A DNA stretch of 64,000 nt, from contig CAILDB010000014.1 in assembly GCA_903832855.1 (NCBI GenBank), positions 128,144 through 192,143 of the forward strand. The letters run 5' to 3'. Shown here piece after piece: positions 29,745 through 38,453 of this stretch. The notes beneath the pieces are model-generated. The model made no database searches. It was not told where the DNA came from and saw nothing but the letters and a program-made list of their open reading frames with translations. The number at the start of each line of letters is the position of its first letter. The stretch's first letter is position 1. The stretch is from an uncultured bacterium (GTDB taxonomy: Bacteria; Patescibacteriota; Minisyncoccia; Phycocordibacterales; GWA1-40-21). The position numbers were made by a program, and so were the translations under genes.

Positions 29745-30311
29745 TTAATAAGGGGTTCTAGTATCAGGATAAAATATCGTCTTACATCCATCAGCACAAT
29801 TACCTCCAATAATTTGATAATTACCACACCATGAATCTTGGTGTGAACTATTTAGTGGATTTTCAAGGTTTGTACCGAGTATATAGCATTGTTGGTTTGA
29901 GTAAGGAGTAAAGTATGCTTCGGCTCTGCAATTCGATGGTCCAGAAGAAAGGTAACTTCCCCCTGTACAAGCGCCATCTCGAGATGGATCTTGTGGTAAA
30001 GAAGAAATATACTTTCCACCTACGATTGCATCATAAAATTCTGTATCCGAAGTCTCCCATTTAATCTCACCTGTTTGATTCATCGCCGCAACCCTGCCTG
30101 AAGTCCCCCAATCATGTAATTTTGGGTATTGGCCGTTGACGCTGTAATACATCTCTAAAGCATTTCTTAACTGAATTAATGATTGGATGCGTTGTGAATC
30201 TCTAGCTTTAGCTCTAGCGGTATTCATTGCTGATAAAACAATAGAAGAAAGCATCCCAATAATAGAAATAACTACAAGAAGCTCTATTAATGTGAACCCA
30301 TTTTTTTTCAT
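29745..30311 (-). CDS. Type IV pilin-like protein (prepilin N-terminal methylation domain)
   Basis: KKNGFTLIELLVVISIIGMLSSIVL is the class III signal peptide. The start is trimmed to the internal Met. Confidence 0.75.
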   Translation of the reverse strand: MKKNGFTLIELLVVISIIGMLSSIVLSAMNTARAKARDSQRIQSLIQLRNALEMYYSVNGQYPKLHDWGTSGRVAAMNQTGEIKWETSDTEFYDAIVGGKYISSLPQDPSRDGACTGGSYLSSGPSNCRAEAYFTPYSNQQCYILGTNLENPLNSSHQDSWCGNYQIIGGNCADGCKTIFYPDTRTPY

Positions 30312-30313
30312 AA

Positions 30314-30499
30314 TTATTTTATAGCGAAATAAATTGCGACAGCGATACAAACGATAGAGATGATGACCATCACTACATTTGCACCTTTTTGATCTTTTAC
30401 CAAACCTGTTTTCATAACAAGTTTTGTAATAAAAGACTCGCTGTTTTCTGGCTTTCTCATTTCGTCTATTTTATACTCCTCAAATTCTACATCTGACAT
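30314..30499 (-). CDS. Small (~61 aa) C-terminally anchored membrane protein just upstream of the pilin gene
   Basis: An acidic N-terminus with the C-terminal TM helix VVMVIISIVCIAVAIYFAI. Confidence 0.3.
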   Translation of the reverse strand: MSDVEFEEYKIDEMRKPENSESFITKLVMKTGLVKDQKGANVVMVIISIVCIAVAIYFAIK

Positions 30500-30581
30500 A
30501 CAAGTATTATATAATCTTTTAAAAAACGACGCAACCATTTTTCCATTGCAAAAAAGTCAAAAATGTTTATACTACTACAAT

Positions 30582-31928
30582 ATGATTAAAAGAAGATTTA
30601 TAGCCATTGCACTGCTTATCGGTGCCTTTATTATTGGGTATTTTGTTTATTCTACGGAGATTTCAGGTTCACACAAGTTCAAGCTCGGACTTGATTTAAA
30701 CGGTGGAACAGAGCTCGTCTACAAAGCTGATTTGTCAAAAGTAAATCAAGTGGATATTTCCGCTTCTATGAATACTTTGAGAGATGTCATTGAAAGAAGA
30801 GTAAATACTTTTGGTGTTTCTGAAGCGACCGTGCGACTAGAAAGAGTGGGTCTTACTGGAAGTGCCAGTGAAGAGCGACTTGTGGTGGAACTTCCAGGGG
30901 TTACAGATACAGACAAAGCAATTCAAATGATTGGAGAGACACCTGTTTTGGAATTTAAATTACTTTCAAAAACGGCGACGACAACTGGCAACTTAAATAT
31001 AAGTGCAAGCTCAACTGATTTTCTAGACACGGGACTTACCGGAAGATTTTTGCAACATTCGGAACTCACTTTTGATAATAACACTGGCGCTGCGATGGTT
31101 TCTATGCAATTTAATAATGAGGGCTCAACTCTTTTTGCAAAAATTACAAAAGAAAATGTTGGCAGAGTTCTTGCGATTTTTCTTGACGGAGATGTAAAGT
31201 CAAAGCCGACAATCAAAGAAGAAATCAATGGTGGAAAAGCTGTCATCTCTGGAAACTTCAATGGTTCGGCTGGACTCAAAGAAGCAAAAGCTTTGGTAAG
31301 TAATTTAAATTTGGGTGCATTACCTGTTCCAATCAATCTTATCAGCACTCAAACAATCGGTGCATCTCTCGGTGCAGATGCGGTAAATAAAGCACTTTTT
31401 GCTGGTATTTGGGCATTTATAATTATCGCTCTTTTCTTGATCATCTGGTACAGATTGCCAGGGCTTCTCGCTGTGATTGCTCTTCTTGCTTACATCGCTA
31501 TCAACCTTGCAATTTATAAACTTTTGCCAGTTACTCTCACATCAGCTGGTATCGCAGGATTTATTCTTTCTATCGGTATGGCCGTGGACGCAAACATTCT
31601 TATTTTTGAAAGATTGAAAGAAGAATTAAAGAGAGGAAGGGAAGTGGAAGATGCTGTGAAAGAAGGTTTTCACAGAGCTTGGACTTCTATCAGAGATAGT
31701 AATACTTCAAGTATCATCACTGCAATTATTTTGTTTATGTTCTCCAGCACTTCTGTTGTAAAAGGTTTTGCACTTGTTTTCCTTATCGGTGTTATTACTT
31801 CGGCATTTACTGCCATTACGCTTTCCAGATCATTCTTGCTTGCCATCAAACACGACAATGCCGGAAAGGTCCTGAAGTTTTTACTAGGTGGAAAGTTTAA
31901 AGGCGAGAAAATCGCAGAAAATAAATAA
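30582..31928 (+). CDS. secD: Protein translocase subunit SecD
   Basis: LGLDLNGG, a periplasmic domain and the C-terminal 6-TM RND-like module fit SecD. The start is set at MIKRRFIAIALL. Confidence 0.85.
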   Translation: MIKRRFIAIALLIGAFIIGYFVYSTEISGSHKFKLGLDLNGGTELVYKADLSKVNQVDISASMNTLRDVIERRVNTFGVSEATVRLERVGLTGSASEERLVVELPGVTDTDKAIQMIGETPVLEFKLLSKTATTTGNLNISASSTDFLDTGLTGRFLQHSELTFDNNTGAAMVSMQFNNEGSTLFAKITKENVGRVLAIFLDGDVKSKPTIKEEINGGKAVISGNFNGSAGLKEAKALVSNLNLGALPVPINLISTQTIGASLGADAVNKALFAGIWAFIIIALFLIIWYRLPGLLAVIALLAYIAINLAIYKLLPVTLTSAGIAGFILSIGMAVDANILIFERLKEELKRGREVEDAVKEGFHRAWTSIRDSNTSSIITAIILFMFSSTSVVKGFALVFLIGVITSAFTAITLSRSFLLAIKHDNAGKVLKFLLGGKFKGEKIAENK

Positions 31929-31929
31929 T

Positions 31930-32847
31930 ATGAACATTGTAAAATACAGAAAAATATTTTATTGGATTTCAGGAATTTTGTTTGTGACTGCAATTGCTTC
32001 AATTTCTATTTGGGGATTAAAACTCGGAATTGATTTTGAAGGTGGCACATCCATAGAAGTAGAATACACAAATGCAAGACCAGACACTTCTGCACTTTCC
32101 GCAAAGTTAGACGCTCTTACTTTAGACCCAGCAATAAAAGGCTTTTACACTATCACACCTTACGGCGCAAACGGTTATCAGATAAAAATGAGAAATGTTA
32201 CCGAGCCAGAAAAGAAAATCGTCGTCGCCTCGCTTTCGGAAGCCTCAAGCTCGGCGACCCTCGCCGGCTTCAGCTCTATCGGCCCAGTCCTCGGACAAGA
32301 AGCAGAAACAAAATCAATGACTTCAATTATTCTTGTTGTGATTGCTATCGTCCTCTTTATTACATTTGCTTTCCGAAAAGTTTCCGAGCCGGTATCTTCT
32401 TGGAAATATGGTTTGATTACTATTGTCGCACTTCTTCACGACGTCATATTGCCAACAGGTATTTTTGCAATACTCGGACATTTTGCAGGATATGAAGTGG
32501 ACACACTTTTTGTCACGGCAGTTTTGGTTATTCTTGGTTTCTCCGTTCACGACACAATCGTCGTCTTTGACAGAGTGAGAGAAAATCTAAAATTAAATAG
32601 AGAAAATAGAAATGCAAAAACATTTGAGACAGTTGTAGGGGAGAGTATTAACCAAACAATTGTCAGGTCCGTGAACACTTCTCTCACCACAATGCTTGCG
32701 GTCCTCGCCGTTTACTTCCTCGGCCCAGACACCACTCGACACTTTGCCCTTACCTTGGTTATTGGTATATTCTTTGGAACTTATTCTTCAATTTTTATTG
32801 CATCAAACCTATTAGTTACTGTTGAAAAGTGGCAGAAGAAGGGGTAG
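31930..32847 (+). CDS. secF: Protein translocase subunit SecF
   Basis: LGIDFEGGT, a 6-TM SecF fold, and its position after secD. The start is MNIVKYRK. Confidence 0.85.
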   Translation: MNIVKYRKIFYWISGILFVTAIASISIWGLKLGIDFEGGTSIEVEYTNARPDTSALSAKLDALTLDPAIKGFYTITPYGANGYQIKMRNVTEPEKKIVVASLSEASSSATLAGFSSIGPVLGQEAETKSMTSIILVVIAIVLFITFAFRKVSEPVSSWKYGLITIVALLHDVILPTGIFAILGHFAGYEVDTLFVTAVLVILGFSVHDTIVVFDRVRENLKLNRENRNAKTFETVVGESINQTIVRSVNTSLTTMLAVLAVYFLGPDTTRHFALTLVIGIFFGTYSSIFIASNLLVTVEKWQKKG

Positions 32848-32856
32848 AATAGAAAT

Positions 32857-33327
32857 ATGGAAGCAATTGAAACACTCGAGTCAGAATATAGACCGACCTT
32901 TAGAAAAGACCAATTGTCGGTAATTTCGTCTGGGTATGATAATTTTTCTATAGGAATTGTGGATCATTTCAATAGACTATCTACAGAGATGCCACTTGTT
33001 ACAATAAAAAATGTTCCTGGTTTTTCTATTAGCGATCAGGTTCTTGATAATATAAAAATGTCCATAGAAGGTAAGAGATTGGATTTTCCCGAATTTAAAA
33101 AAGTGGTTTTGGAAACGGTAGGTATTCTTTTTGATGGTAAGGCAGTGGCTTCTTTTGCTAATGAGGGTTCTATTGATAAAGCTATTGAATGTATGGATAA
33201 CCAATCATTTGAAACGGCTCTGGATAGCGGGGAAGAAGTCTTCCGTGGAGTTTGTGATATTTTTAATTTAAATAGGTTTCAGACTGCGGAGTTACTAAAA
33301 GAGTTACGAGGGAAGCTAGGCAAATAG
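32857..33327 (+). CDS. Hypothetical protein
   Basis: A 156-aa ORF, co-oriented with secDF, with no motif recognised. Confidence 0.35.
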   Translation: MEAIETLESEYRPTFRKDQLSVISSGYDNFSIGIVDHFNRLSTEMPLVTIKNVPGFSISDQVLDNIKMSIEGKRLDFPEFKKVVLETVGILFDGKAVASFANEGSIDKAIECMDNQSFETALDSGEEVFRGVCDIFNLNRFQTAELLKELRGKLGK

Positions 33328-33364
33328 TGTCAAGCACCATTGAGAAATAAGCCTAAAATTTCGC

Positions 33365-33392
33365 TTGACTTCTCTTTCGCTATGAGTATAAT
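33365..33392 (+). promoter_or_regulatory. Candidate 16S rRNA promoter (TTGACT-16-TATAAT)
   Basis: Perfect -10 and near-perfect -35 about 370 nt upstream of the 16S 5' end. The leader holds several hairpins and palindromes (33508-33538, 33612-33645, 33669-33698). Confidence 0.45.
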
Positions 33393-33507
33393 AGACCCCA
33401 CTGCTTGATATCACCTCTATGGGTGATTTTTAAGTCAGTAAAAAACAAGTTCGTTGACATATTTGAAATAATTCCAACACGGTTATAGTGTAACTGGAGT
33501 TGGAGAG

Positions 33508-33538
33508 CCCCAGTAGTAGAGCATAGCTCACTACGGGG
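33508..33538 (+). repeat. Hairpin repeat family 'CCCCAGTAGTAG..loop..CACTACGGGG', copy 1 (16S leader)
   Basis: Imperfect stem cccc(a)gtagt(a)gagc / gctcactacgggg. Related copies lie at 33612-33645, 59525-59560 and 63629-63717. Confidence 0.5.
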
Positions 33539-33611
33539 CGAGAACATATTAGTAAATATGTGCAAGTTAATGTTCTAAATATTTTTATATGTATTTAGAA
33601 CTCGTCTATAA

Positions 33612-33645
33612 CCCCAGTAGTAGAAATAGGAATTTCACTACGGGG
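33612..33645 (+). repeat. Hairpin repeat family 'CCCCAGTAGTAG...CACTACGGGG', copy 2 (16S leader)
   Basis: ccccagtagtagaaat-agga-atttcactacgggg. Confidence 0.5.
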
Positions 33646-35191
33646 TAAAATTAATATAAAATAATTCACATACAAAATAGTAGCAAGTTTTGTATGTAGA
33701 GAGCTAGGTCAGAAAGAATTTTTTCAAAAGTTAAAGTTATTATTTTTTCTTTTGTTCCGTTCTTTTTTAGTAGAGTTTGATCCTAGCTCAGGATGAACGC
33801 TGGCGGCGTGGATAGGGCATGCAAGTCAAGGGGGTCCGCAAGGACAACCGGCAGACGAGATAGTATAAAGTAGGTAACGAACCTCTAAGTCAGGAATAGC
33901 TTATCGAAAGATAAGGTAATACTTGATAGCCCGTGTGTGAACTTTGAACGCAAATTATTTTTCAAAAAATAAAATTTGTTTTTAAAGTTAACATACGGTA
34001 AAGATTTATCGCTTAGAGATCGGCCTGCTCGGTATCAGCTAGTTGGTAAGGTAATGGCTTACCAAGGCAATGACACCTAGGGGGAGTGAGAGCTCGATCC
34101 CCATCGATGGAACTGAGACACGGTCCATACACCTACGGGTGGCTGCAGTCGAGAATATTCCGCAATGGGCGAAAGCCTGACGGAGCGACGCCGCGTGCAG
34201 GATGAAGTCCTTCGGGATGTAAACTGCTTTTGCGAACTAGTAAGTTATTGAACAGTTCGAGAATAAGAGGTTGCTAAACTCGTGCCAGCAGCAGCGGTAA
34301 TACGAGTGCCTCAAGCGTTATCCGGAATTATTGGGCGTAAAGGGTGTGTAGGTTGTTTTGTTAGTCTTTTGTTAAATTCTTCGGCTCAACCGGGGACCTG
34401 CAAGAGAAACGGCAAGACTTTAGAGGGTGCGAGGGGTCTGTGGAACTCTAGGTGTAGCGGTGAAATGCGTTGATATCTAGGGGAACACCAAAAGCGAAGG
34501 CAGCAGACTGGAGCATTCCTGACACTGAAACACGAAAGCGTGGGTAGCGAATGGGATTAGATACCCCAGTAGTCCACGCCCTAAACTATCTTCTCTAGGT
34601 TTTCGGAGTATCGACCCTCTGAGAGCCACAGCTAACGCGTTAAGAGAAGCGCCTGGGTAGTACGATCGCAAGATTAAAACTCAAAGGAATAGACGGGGAC
34701 TTGCACAAGCGGAGGATCATGTGGTTTAATTCGATGGTAAACGAAGAACCTTACCAAGATTGGAAATCTAGCTGAAGAATAGTAGAAATATTATTCGTCT
34801 CACAAGGACAGCTAGACAGGTGATGCATGGCCGTCGTCAGTTCGTGGTTTGAATTGTTCCCTTAAGTGGGGTAACGAACGCAACCCTCGTTGTCTGTTAT
34901 ATTTGTCAGACGAGACTGCCCCCGCATTTGAGCACAAGCGAAAGCTTGCGAGCAGGTGCGGGGGAGGAAGGCGAGGATGACGCCAGGTCAGCATGTCCCT
35001 TTGATATCTTGGGCTACACACGTGATACAATGGACACTACAACGGGATGCGACGAGGAAACTCTGAGCTAATCCTTCAAAAGTGTTCTAAGTTCGGATTG
35101 AGGGCTGCAACTCGCCCTCATGAAGCTGGATTCGCTAGTAATCACAGGTCAGCTATACTGTGGTGAATACGTTCTCAAGTCTTGTACTCAC

Positions 35192-36090
35192 AATAAAAGC
35201 GCGCAGCAGGTTATATTTCTAGATGGTTCAAATCCATCCTATTATTAAAATAATAGTAGCCGACAGATAGTTAAATATCGCGAGGTGTTTAGCGGAGGAT
35301 CTTTAGGCAAAATACAGCCCTTACAAAAAAAGCGAGAATTGAACTATGAAAAAGAAGGCGGTGAGCATAGTGAAAATTCAAAAAAAATCGCGTAGGGGAT
35401 GCATGGAACAGAAATATAATTTACCTGTGGAGATCTGACATTGTTACTTTACAAAATGTAAAGTATAATTAACTTACGCAGCGTCAGAAGTCAGCTGAGT
35501 CATAGTAACCCTATTTAAATAGGTGAAGGACTCACTCAAATGCAAAATTTTAAACCAGATTACATTTTAGGTTTAGTCGATGGTGAAGGAAGCTTCACTG
35601 TATATATTCGTGATCCGGATATTTCTAAAGATGTTAAAAGAAGAGTGGTTGTAGAACCAAAGTTTTACATCAAACTCATTGAACGCGACAAGGAAATACT
35701 GGAATCTCTGAAACAATATTTTGGTTGTGGAAGTGTGTATTTTCAAAAAGATACACGGCCCAATCATCAAAATTGTTACAGATACGAAGTCTACAATCGG
35801 CAGGATTTAGAAAAGGTAATCATTCCATTTTTCAAAAAAAAGGTTGAAGTTTGTAAGCAAAAGTTACGACTTCAAAATATTTTGTGAGATTATGGAGCAA
35901 ATTTCTGAAGGTAAACATCTTACAGAAGTTGGATTAAGAAAATTGTTTAAATTAAAACAATTAATGCATTAGAGCTCGCGTAGTGCGGGAAAACCGCTCG
36001 CTACGTCGTCTGGTATCGTGACTGATACTGGAGCTAGAACAGTAATGTTTTAGGGGAACTTCAATTCAATTAGTTAATTGAAGAAAATCG
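35192..36090 (+). mobile_element. Group I-type intron in 16S at the decoding-centre region (between CTTGTAC.. and ..CGCCCGTCA), carrying a homing endonuclease gene
   Basis: The conserved block CCTTGTACACACCGCCCGTCA is split. The flanking exon lengths sum to about 1550 nt. Confidence 0.55.
35540..35973 (+). pseudogene. LAGLIDADG homing endonuclease gene, apparently frameshifted near the 3' end
   Basis: LGLVDGEGSF motif. The ORF stops at 35887. The conserved C-terminal helix (DFKIFCEIMEQISEGKHLTEVGLRKLFKLKQLMH) continues in the +1 frame to 35973. Confidence 0.55.
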
Positions 36091-36404
36091 CCCGTCAACT
36101 CAAGGGAGCCAGGAATACCCGAAGTTCCCCTTTATGGGGGCCTACGGTAAGTTTGGTGACAGGGAGTAAGTCGTAACAAGGCACGGGTAGCGGAAGCTGC
36201 TCGTGGATTATTTCAAATGAAAACCGTCAAACATATGTCTTCGGATGTGTGTTTGACTTATTGAGTCGGTTTTCAATGCCTCAATTGAGCATTGAAAGGT
36301 TTGCTTGAACTTTAAACAAGAGGACAGATTGGAAAGACAGTCACAAAGGTTCAATTAATTTTGAACCGGAGAACGGAACAAAAGAAAGAATAATAAATCA
36401 AAGA

Positions 36405-36444
36405 AAAAAGCCCCGCGAATAGGAATTCGCGGGGCCTTTTTCTT
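36405..36444 (+). terminator. Rho-independent terminator after 16S (aaaaagccccgcgaat-agg-aattcgcggggcttttt)
   Basis: A 13-bp GC-rich stem with a T-run. Confidence 0.6.
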
Positions 36445-36482
36445 ATCCATTTTCCCCTTATTCCTAGCCCTATTATTTGTGC

Positions 36483-36510
36483 TTGACAAAAAACTAGGAT
36501 ATGCTATACT
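36483..36510 (+). promoter_or_regulatory. Perfect-consensus promoter (TTGACA-16-TATACT) for the small ORF at 36563
   Basis: Exact -35 and a TATACT -10. Confidence 0.5.
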
Positions 36511-36562
36511 TGACAGTGGAAGTTTAGGTTTGGATTTGATTTCAACCTTTGAAAGGAAAAAA

Positions 36563-36796
36563 ATGAGTGCAACAATTCGGCTGAAACGGGTGGAGAACGA
36601 AATAAATGACATACAGAATTTGTTGAAGCAGATGAATCGCCATCTTGCCTTGAGGAAGTTCCTCATCTGGGCAAAGCCGATCATCTGGGCGGCCTCGCTC
36701 ACGGTTATAATTTCCGTGGCGATTCTCGTCGCGTTGGACTGGGCCTTTCCCCCAATCGTTGGTTGGGGAGGCATCTGCAAGTTGTTCGGCGGTTGA
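36563..36796 (+). CDS. Small (77 aa) coiled-coil plus TM protein in GC-rich DNA between 16S and tRNA-Ile
   Basis: It has its own consensus promoter, an AGGA SD-like motif 8 nt upstream and a terminator. The TM helix is IIWAASLTVIISVAILVALDWAF. The ORF-track start at 36479 lies upstream of the promoter and is rejected. Confidence 0.35.
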   Translation: MSATIRLKRVENEINDIQNLLKQMNRHLALRKFLIWAKPIIWAASLTVIISVAILVALDWAFPPIVGWGGICKLFGG

Positions 36797-36821
36797 TACC
36801 TTATGGTATCATCAGGCCCAC

Positions 36822-36862
36822 AGAGCGTCACGGACTTCGGTTTGTGGCGCTCTTTTTTTTTA
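36822..36862 (+). terminator. Terminator hairpin plus T9 after the small ORF
   Basis: agagcgtcac...gtggcgctct stem followed by ttttttttt. Confidence 0.45.
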
Positions 36863-36930
36863 TATAAACTATGCTAGTATGATTAGTAGATCTTGTACCT
36901 AAAATTTGACGAGAAAGAAAGGATAAAAGT

Positions 36931-37194
36931 ATGAGTCAAAAACATAATCCTTTTTGGCGATACTCATGGGAGGACGGCCTTGATGCCGCAAGCAGAATGC
37001 TTGAGCAGGCAGTAACTTCTCAGTTTCCCTGCAATTTTGCACTTCTACCGTGGTGCCACATTGTAGTGAAAAATCGGCTTGAGATATTTATCGCGTATAT
37101 TCTGCGGTTTGTTCTTTCGGTATTTTTTGCAACGATCCTTTTTTTTCTTTTGGCGACATTAGGATCGTATGTCATTCTGGATTATCTTTCGTAA
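36931..37194 (+). CDS. Small (87 aa) hypothetical protein with C-terminal TM, GC-rich
   Basis: ORF followed by a terminator (tccgtcg..cgacgga plus T-run) at about 37199-37235. The C-terminal hydrophobic segment is VLSVFFATILFFLLATLGSYVIL. Confidence 0.3.
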   Translation: MSQKHNPFWRYSWEDGLDAASRMLEQAVTSQFPCNFALLPWCHIVVKNRLEIFIAYILRFVLSVFFATILFFLLATLGSYVILDYLS

Positions 37195-37269
37195 CACTCC
37201 GTCGTGGCACCTGCCTCGACGGATTTTTCATTTGTATTTTTGATTTTTTTTTGGTAGATTAATGATGTT

Positions 37270-37343
37270 GCGCGTATAGCTCAGATGGTTAGAGCGCGTC
37301 ACTGATAATGACGAGGTCCCACGTTCGATTCGTGGTACGCGCA
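37270..37343 (+). tRNA. tRNA-Ile (anticodon GAT)
   Basis: Cloverleaf folded by hand. Acceptor gcgcgta/tacgcgc, D-arm gctc-agatggtt-agagc, anticodon loop ctGATaa, T-arm ccacg-ttcgatt-cgtgg. CCA is not encoded. A terminator hairpin follows at about 37349-37373. Confidence 0.85.
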
Positions 37344-37417
37344 CATTTTAAAAACACCCTGAACGGGTGTTTTTAAAATGTGCGAGCCGGAAACTTTTGT
37401 GTTATATTTCTTCTATT

Positions 37418-37501
37418 GGGCGCGTGGCGAAACTGGTAGACGCACTACGTTCAGGTCGTAGTTCTCGCAAGGGAATGAGAGTTCAAGTCTCTCCGCGCCC
37501 A
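37418..37501 (+). tRNA. tRNA-Leu (anticodon CAG), class II with long variable arm
   Basis: Acceptor gggcgcg/cgcgccc, D-loop aaactggtaga, anticodon loop ttCAGgt, a 15-nt variable arm, T-arm gagag-ttcaagt-ctctc. Confidence 0.8.
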
Positions 37502-37533
37502 CAAACTGCTTCAAACAACATCTTTATTTAATA

Positions 37534-37574
37534 TGTCAAATATCATTTGACAAATATTTTGTATGTGCTATATT
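37534..37574 (+). promoter_or_regulatory. Consensus promoter (TTGACA-16-TATATT) with operator-like palindrome TGTCAAATAT-C-ATTTGACA overlapping the -35
   Basis: A 19-bp palindrome at 37534-37552 overlaps the -35. The downstream gene carries a GGAGG SD. Confidence 0.5.
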
Positions 37575-37645
37575 ATCATTAGATCTTAAGTTTATAGCAT
37601 GTTCTTTGAACAGTAGCTTAAGAAGTTAGTTAGTATGTTGAAATC

Positions 37646-38353
37646 GTGGAGGTTAGTATGTCCAAGAAATTGAAACCAGGTGAAGTCGTCCCACAGGTGG
37701 TCATAGCTGGAGGAAATCCAGTTTTGGTAGCACCAATCGTGCAAGTGAAAATTGATGAACCGGTGGCAGAAGAAGCCATCATGGTCTCTGTGATGTTCCG
37801 GAAGTATCAGAACTCAAAGACCAGAGCAGACCAACTCAAGGGGTTCTTTCGCGCCGAAAGCGGAATTTCTGTGTATGTTGTGACTCATCCGGATGCGGAA
37901 AAGCAACCACAGGAAGGTGAAGTTTGGGTTTGTGAGGTTTATCCCTCGCGTGACCCAATCGCTCGCTGGAACCATAAGGACGGAACGCCCTCGGTTCTCG
38001 TCGTCGGTTTGCCGGTGTTCAAGATTAATGTCCCAGAAACAATCCGATTCGAGCATATCGGTAACGGTAACCTGGCATACAGGGTACCGCAAAAGTTGCC
38101 GGGAAACACCAAGTTGGTCTTTATTCCCGACAACAGGAGGGGGCTCGAACCCAGGGCAGAACAGCTTTGGCGGGTGAAGGCGAGTTGCATCATCCATCCA
38201 ATCGGGGTGGACAATGAGAAGACGATCGCCATTGCCGTCATCTGCGAGGAGCATATCTGTCAGACGGTAGAAACAATAATGGCCTCGGCCTGGGAGCAGG
38301 CTCAACAAGCTGAAGAGCGGAGGCGGGGTCCGCGTCTTGTCGCAGTGGCCTAA
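37646..38353 (+). CDS. GC-rich 235-aa hypothetical protein (putative horizontally acquired gene)
   Basis: Local GC content is well above the window average. There is a canonical GGAGG about 7 nt upstream of the start, unlike native genes. No motif is recognised. A same-size antisense ORF is treated as a GC artefact. Confidence 0.45.
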   Translation: MEVSMSKKLKPGEVVPQVVIAGGNPVLVAPIVQVKIDEPVAEEAIMVSVMFRKYQNSKTRADQLKGFFRAESGISVYVVTHPDAEKQPQEGEVWVCEVYPSRDPIARWNHKDGTPSVLVVGLPVFKINVPETIRFEHIGNGNLAYRVPQKLPGNTKLVFIPDNRRGLEPRAEQLWRVKASCIIHPIGVDNEKTIAIAVICEEHICQTVETIMASAWEQAQQAEERRRGPRLVAVA

Positions 38354-38453
38354 AGCCACGCGTTTGGGCGCGCAACATCGCCGGGGGCAAAAGGGGTCAA
38401 ACCCAATTGCTCTCGGCGGTTTTCTTTTGCCAGAATTTTGATAATATTGGGAG

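Larger units (their letters stand above)
33765..36216 (+). rRNA. rrs: 16S rRNA with one ~900-nt intron; the 3' end is ...GGATTATTTCAAAT and lacks the CCUCC anti-SD
   Basis: AGAGTTTGATCCTAGCTCAG at the 5' end. Conserved blocks are GTGCCAGCAGCAGCGGTAATAC, GGATTAGATACCC, GCATGGCCGTCGTCAG and AAGTCGTAACAAGG. Helix 45 is cacgggtagc-GGAA-gctgctcgtg. Confidence 0.85.

Noticed and set aside
34282-35030. ORFs inside the 16S rRNA (34282-34473, 34477-34671, 34812-35030) and 35573-35770 antisense to the homing endonuclease gene
   Set aside because: They overlap conserved 16S sequence or are antisense to a real homing endonuclease gene.
37814-38359. 181-aa minus-strand ORF, plus 37893-38177 and 37939-38241, overlapping the GC-rich 235-aa gene
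   Set aside because: High GC generates long antisense ORFs. The plus-strand ORF has a promoter, an SD and a sensible start, and the antisense products are Arg/Pro-rich nonsense.
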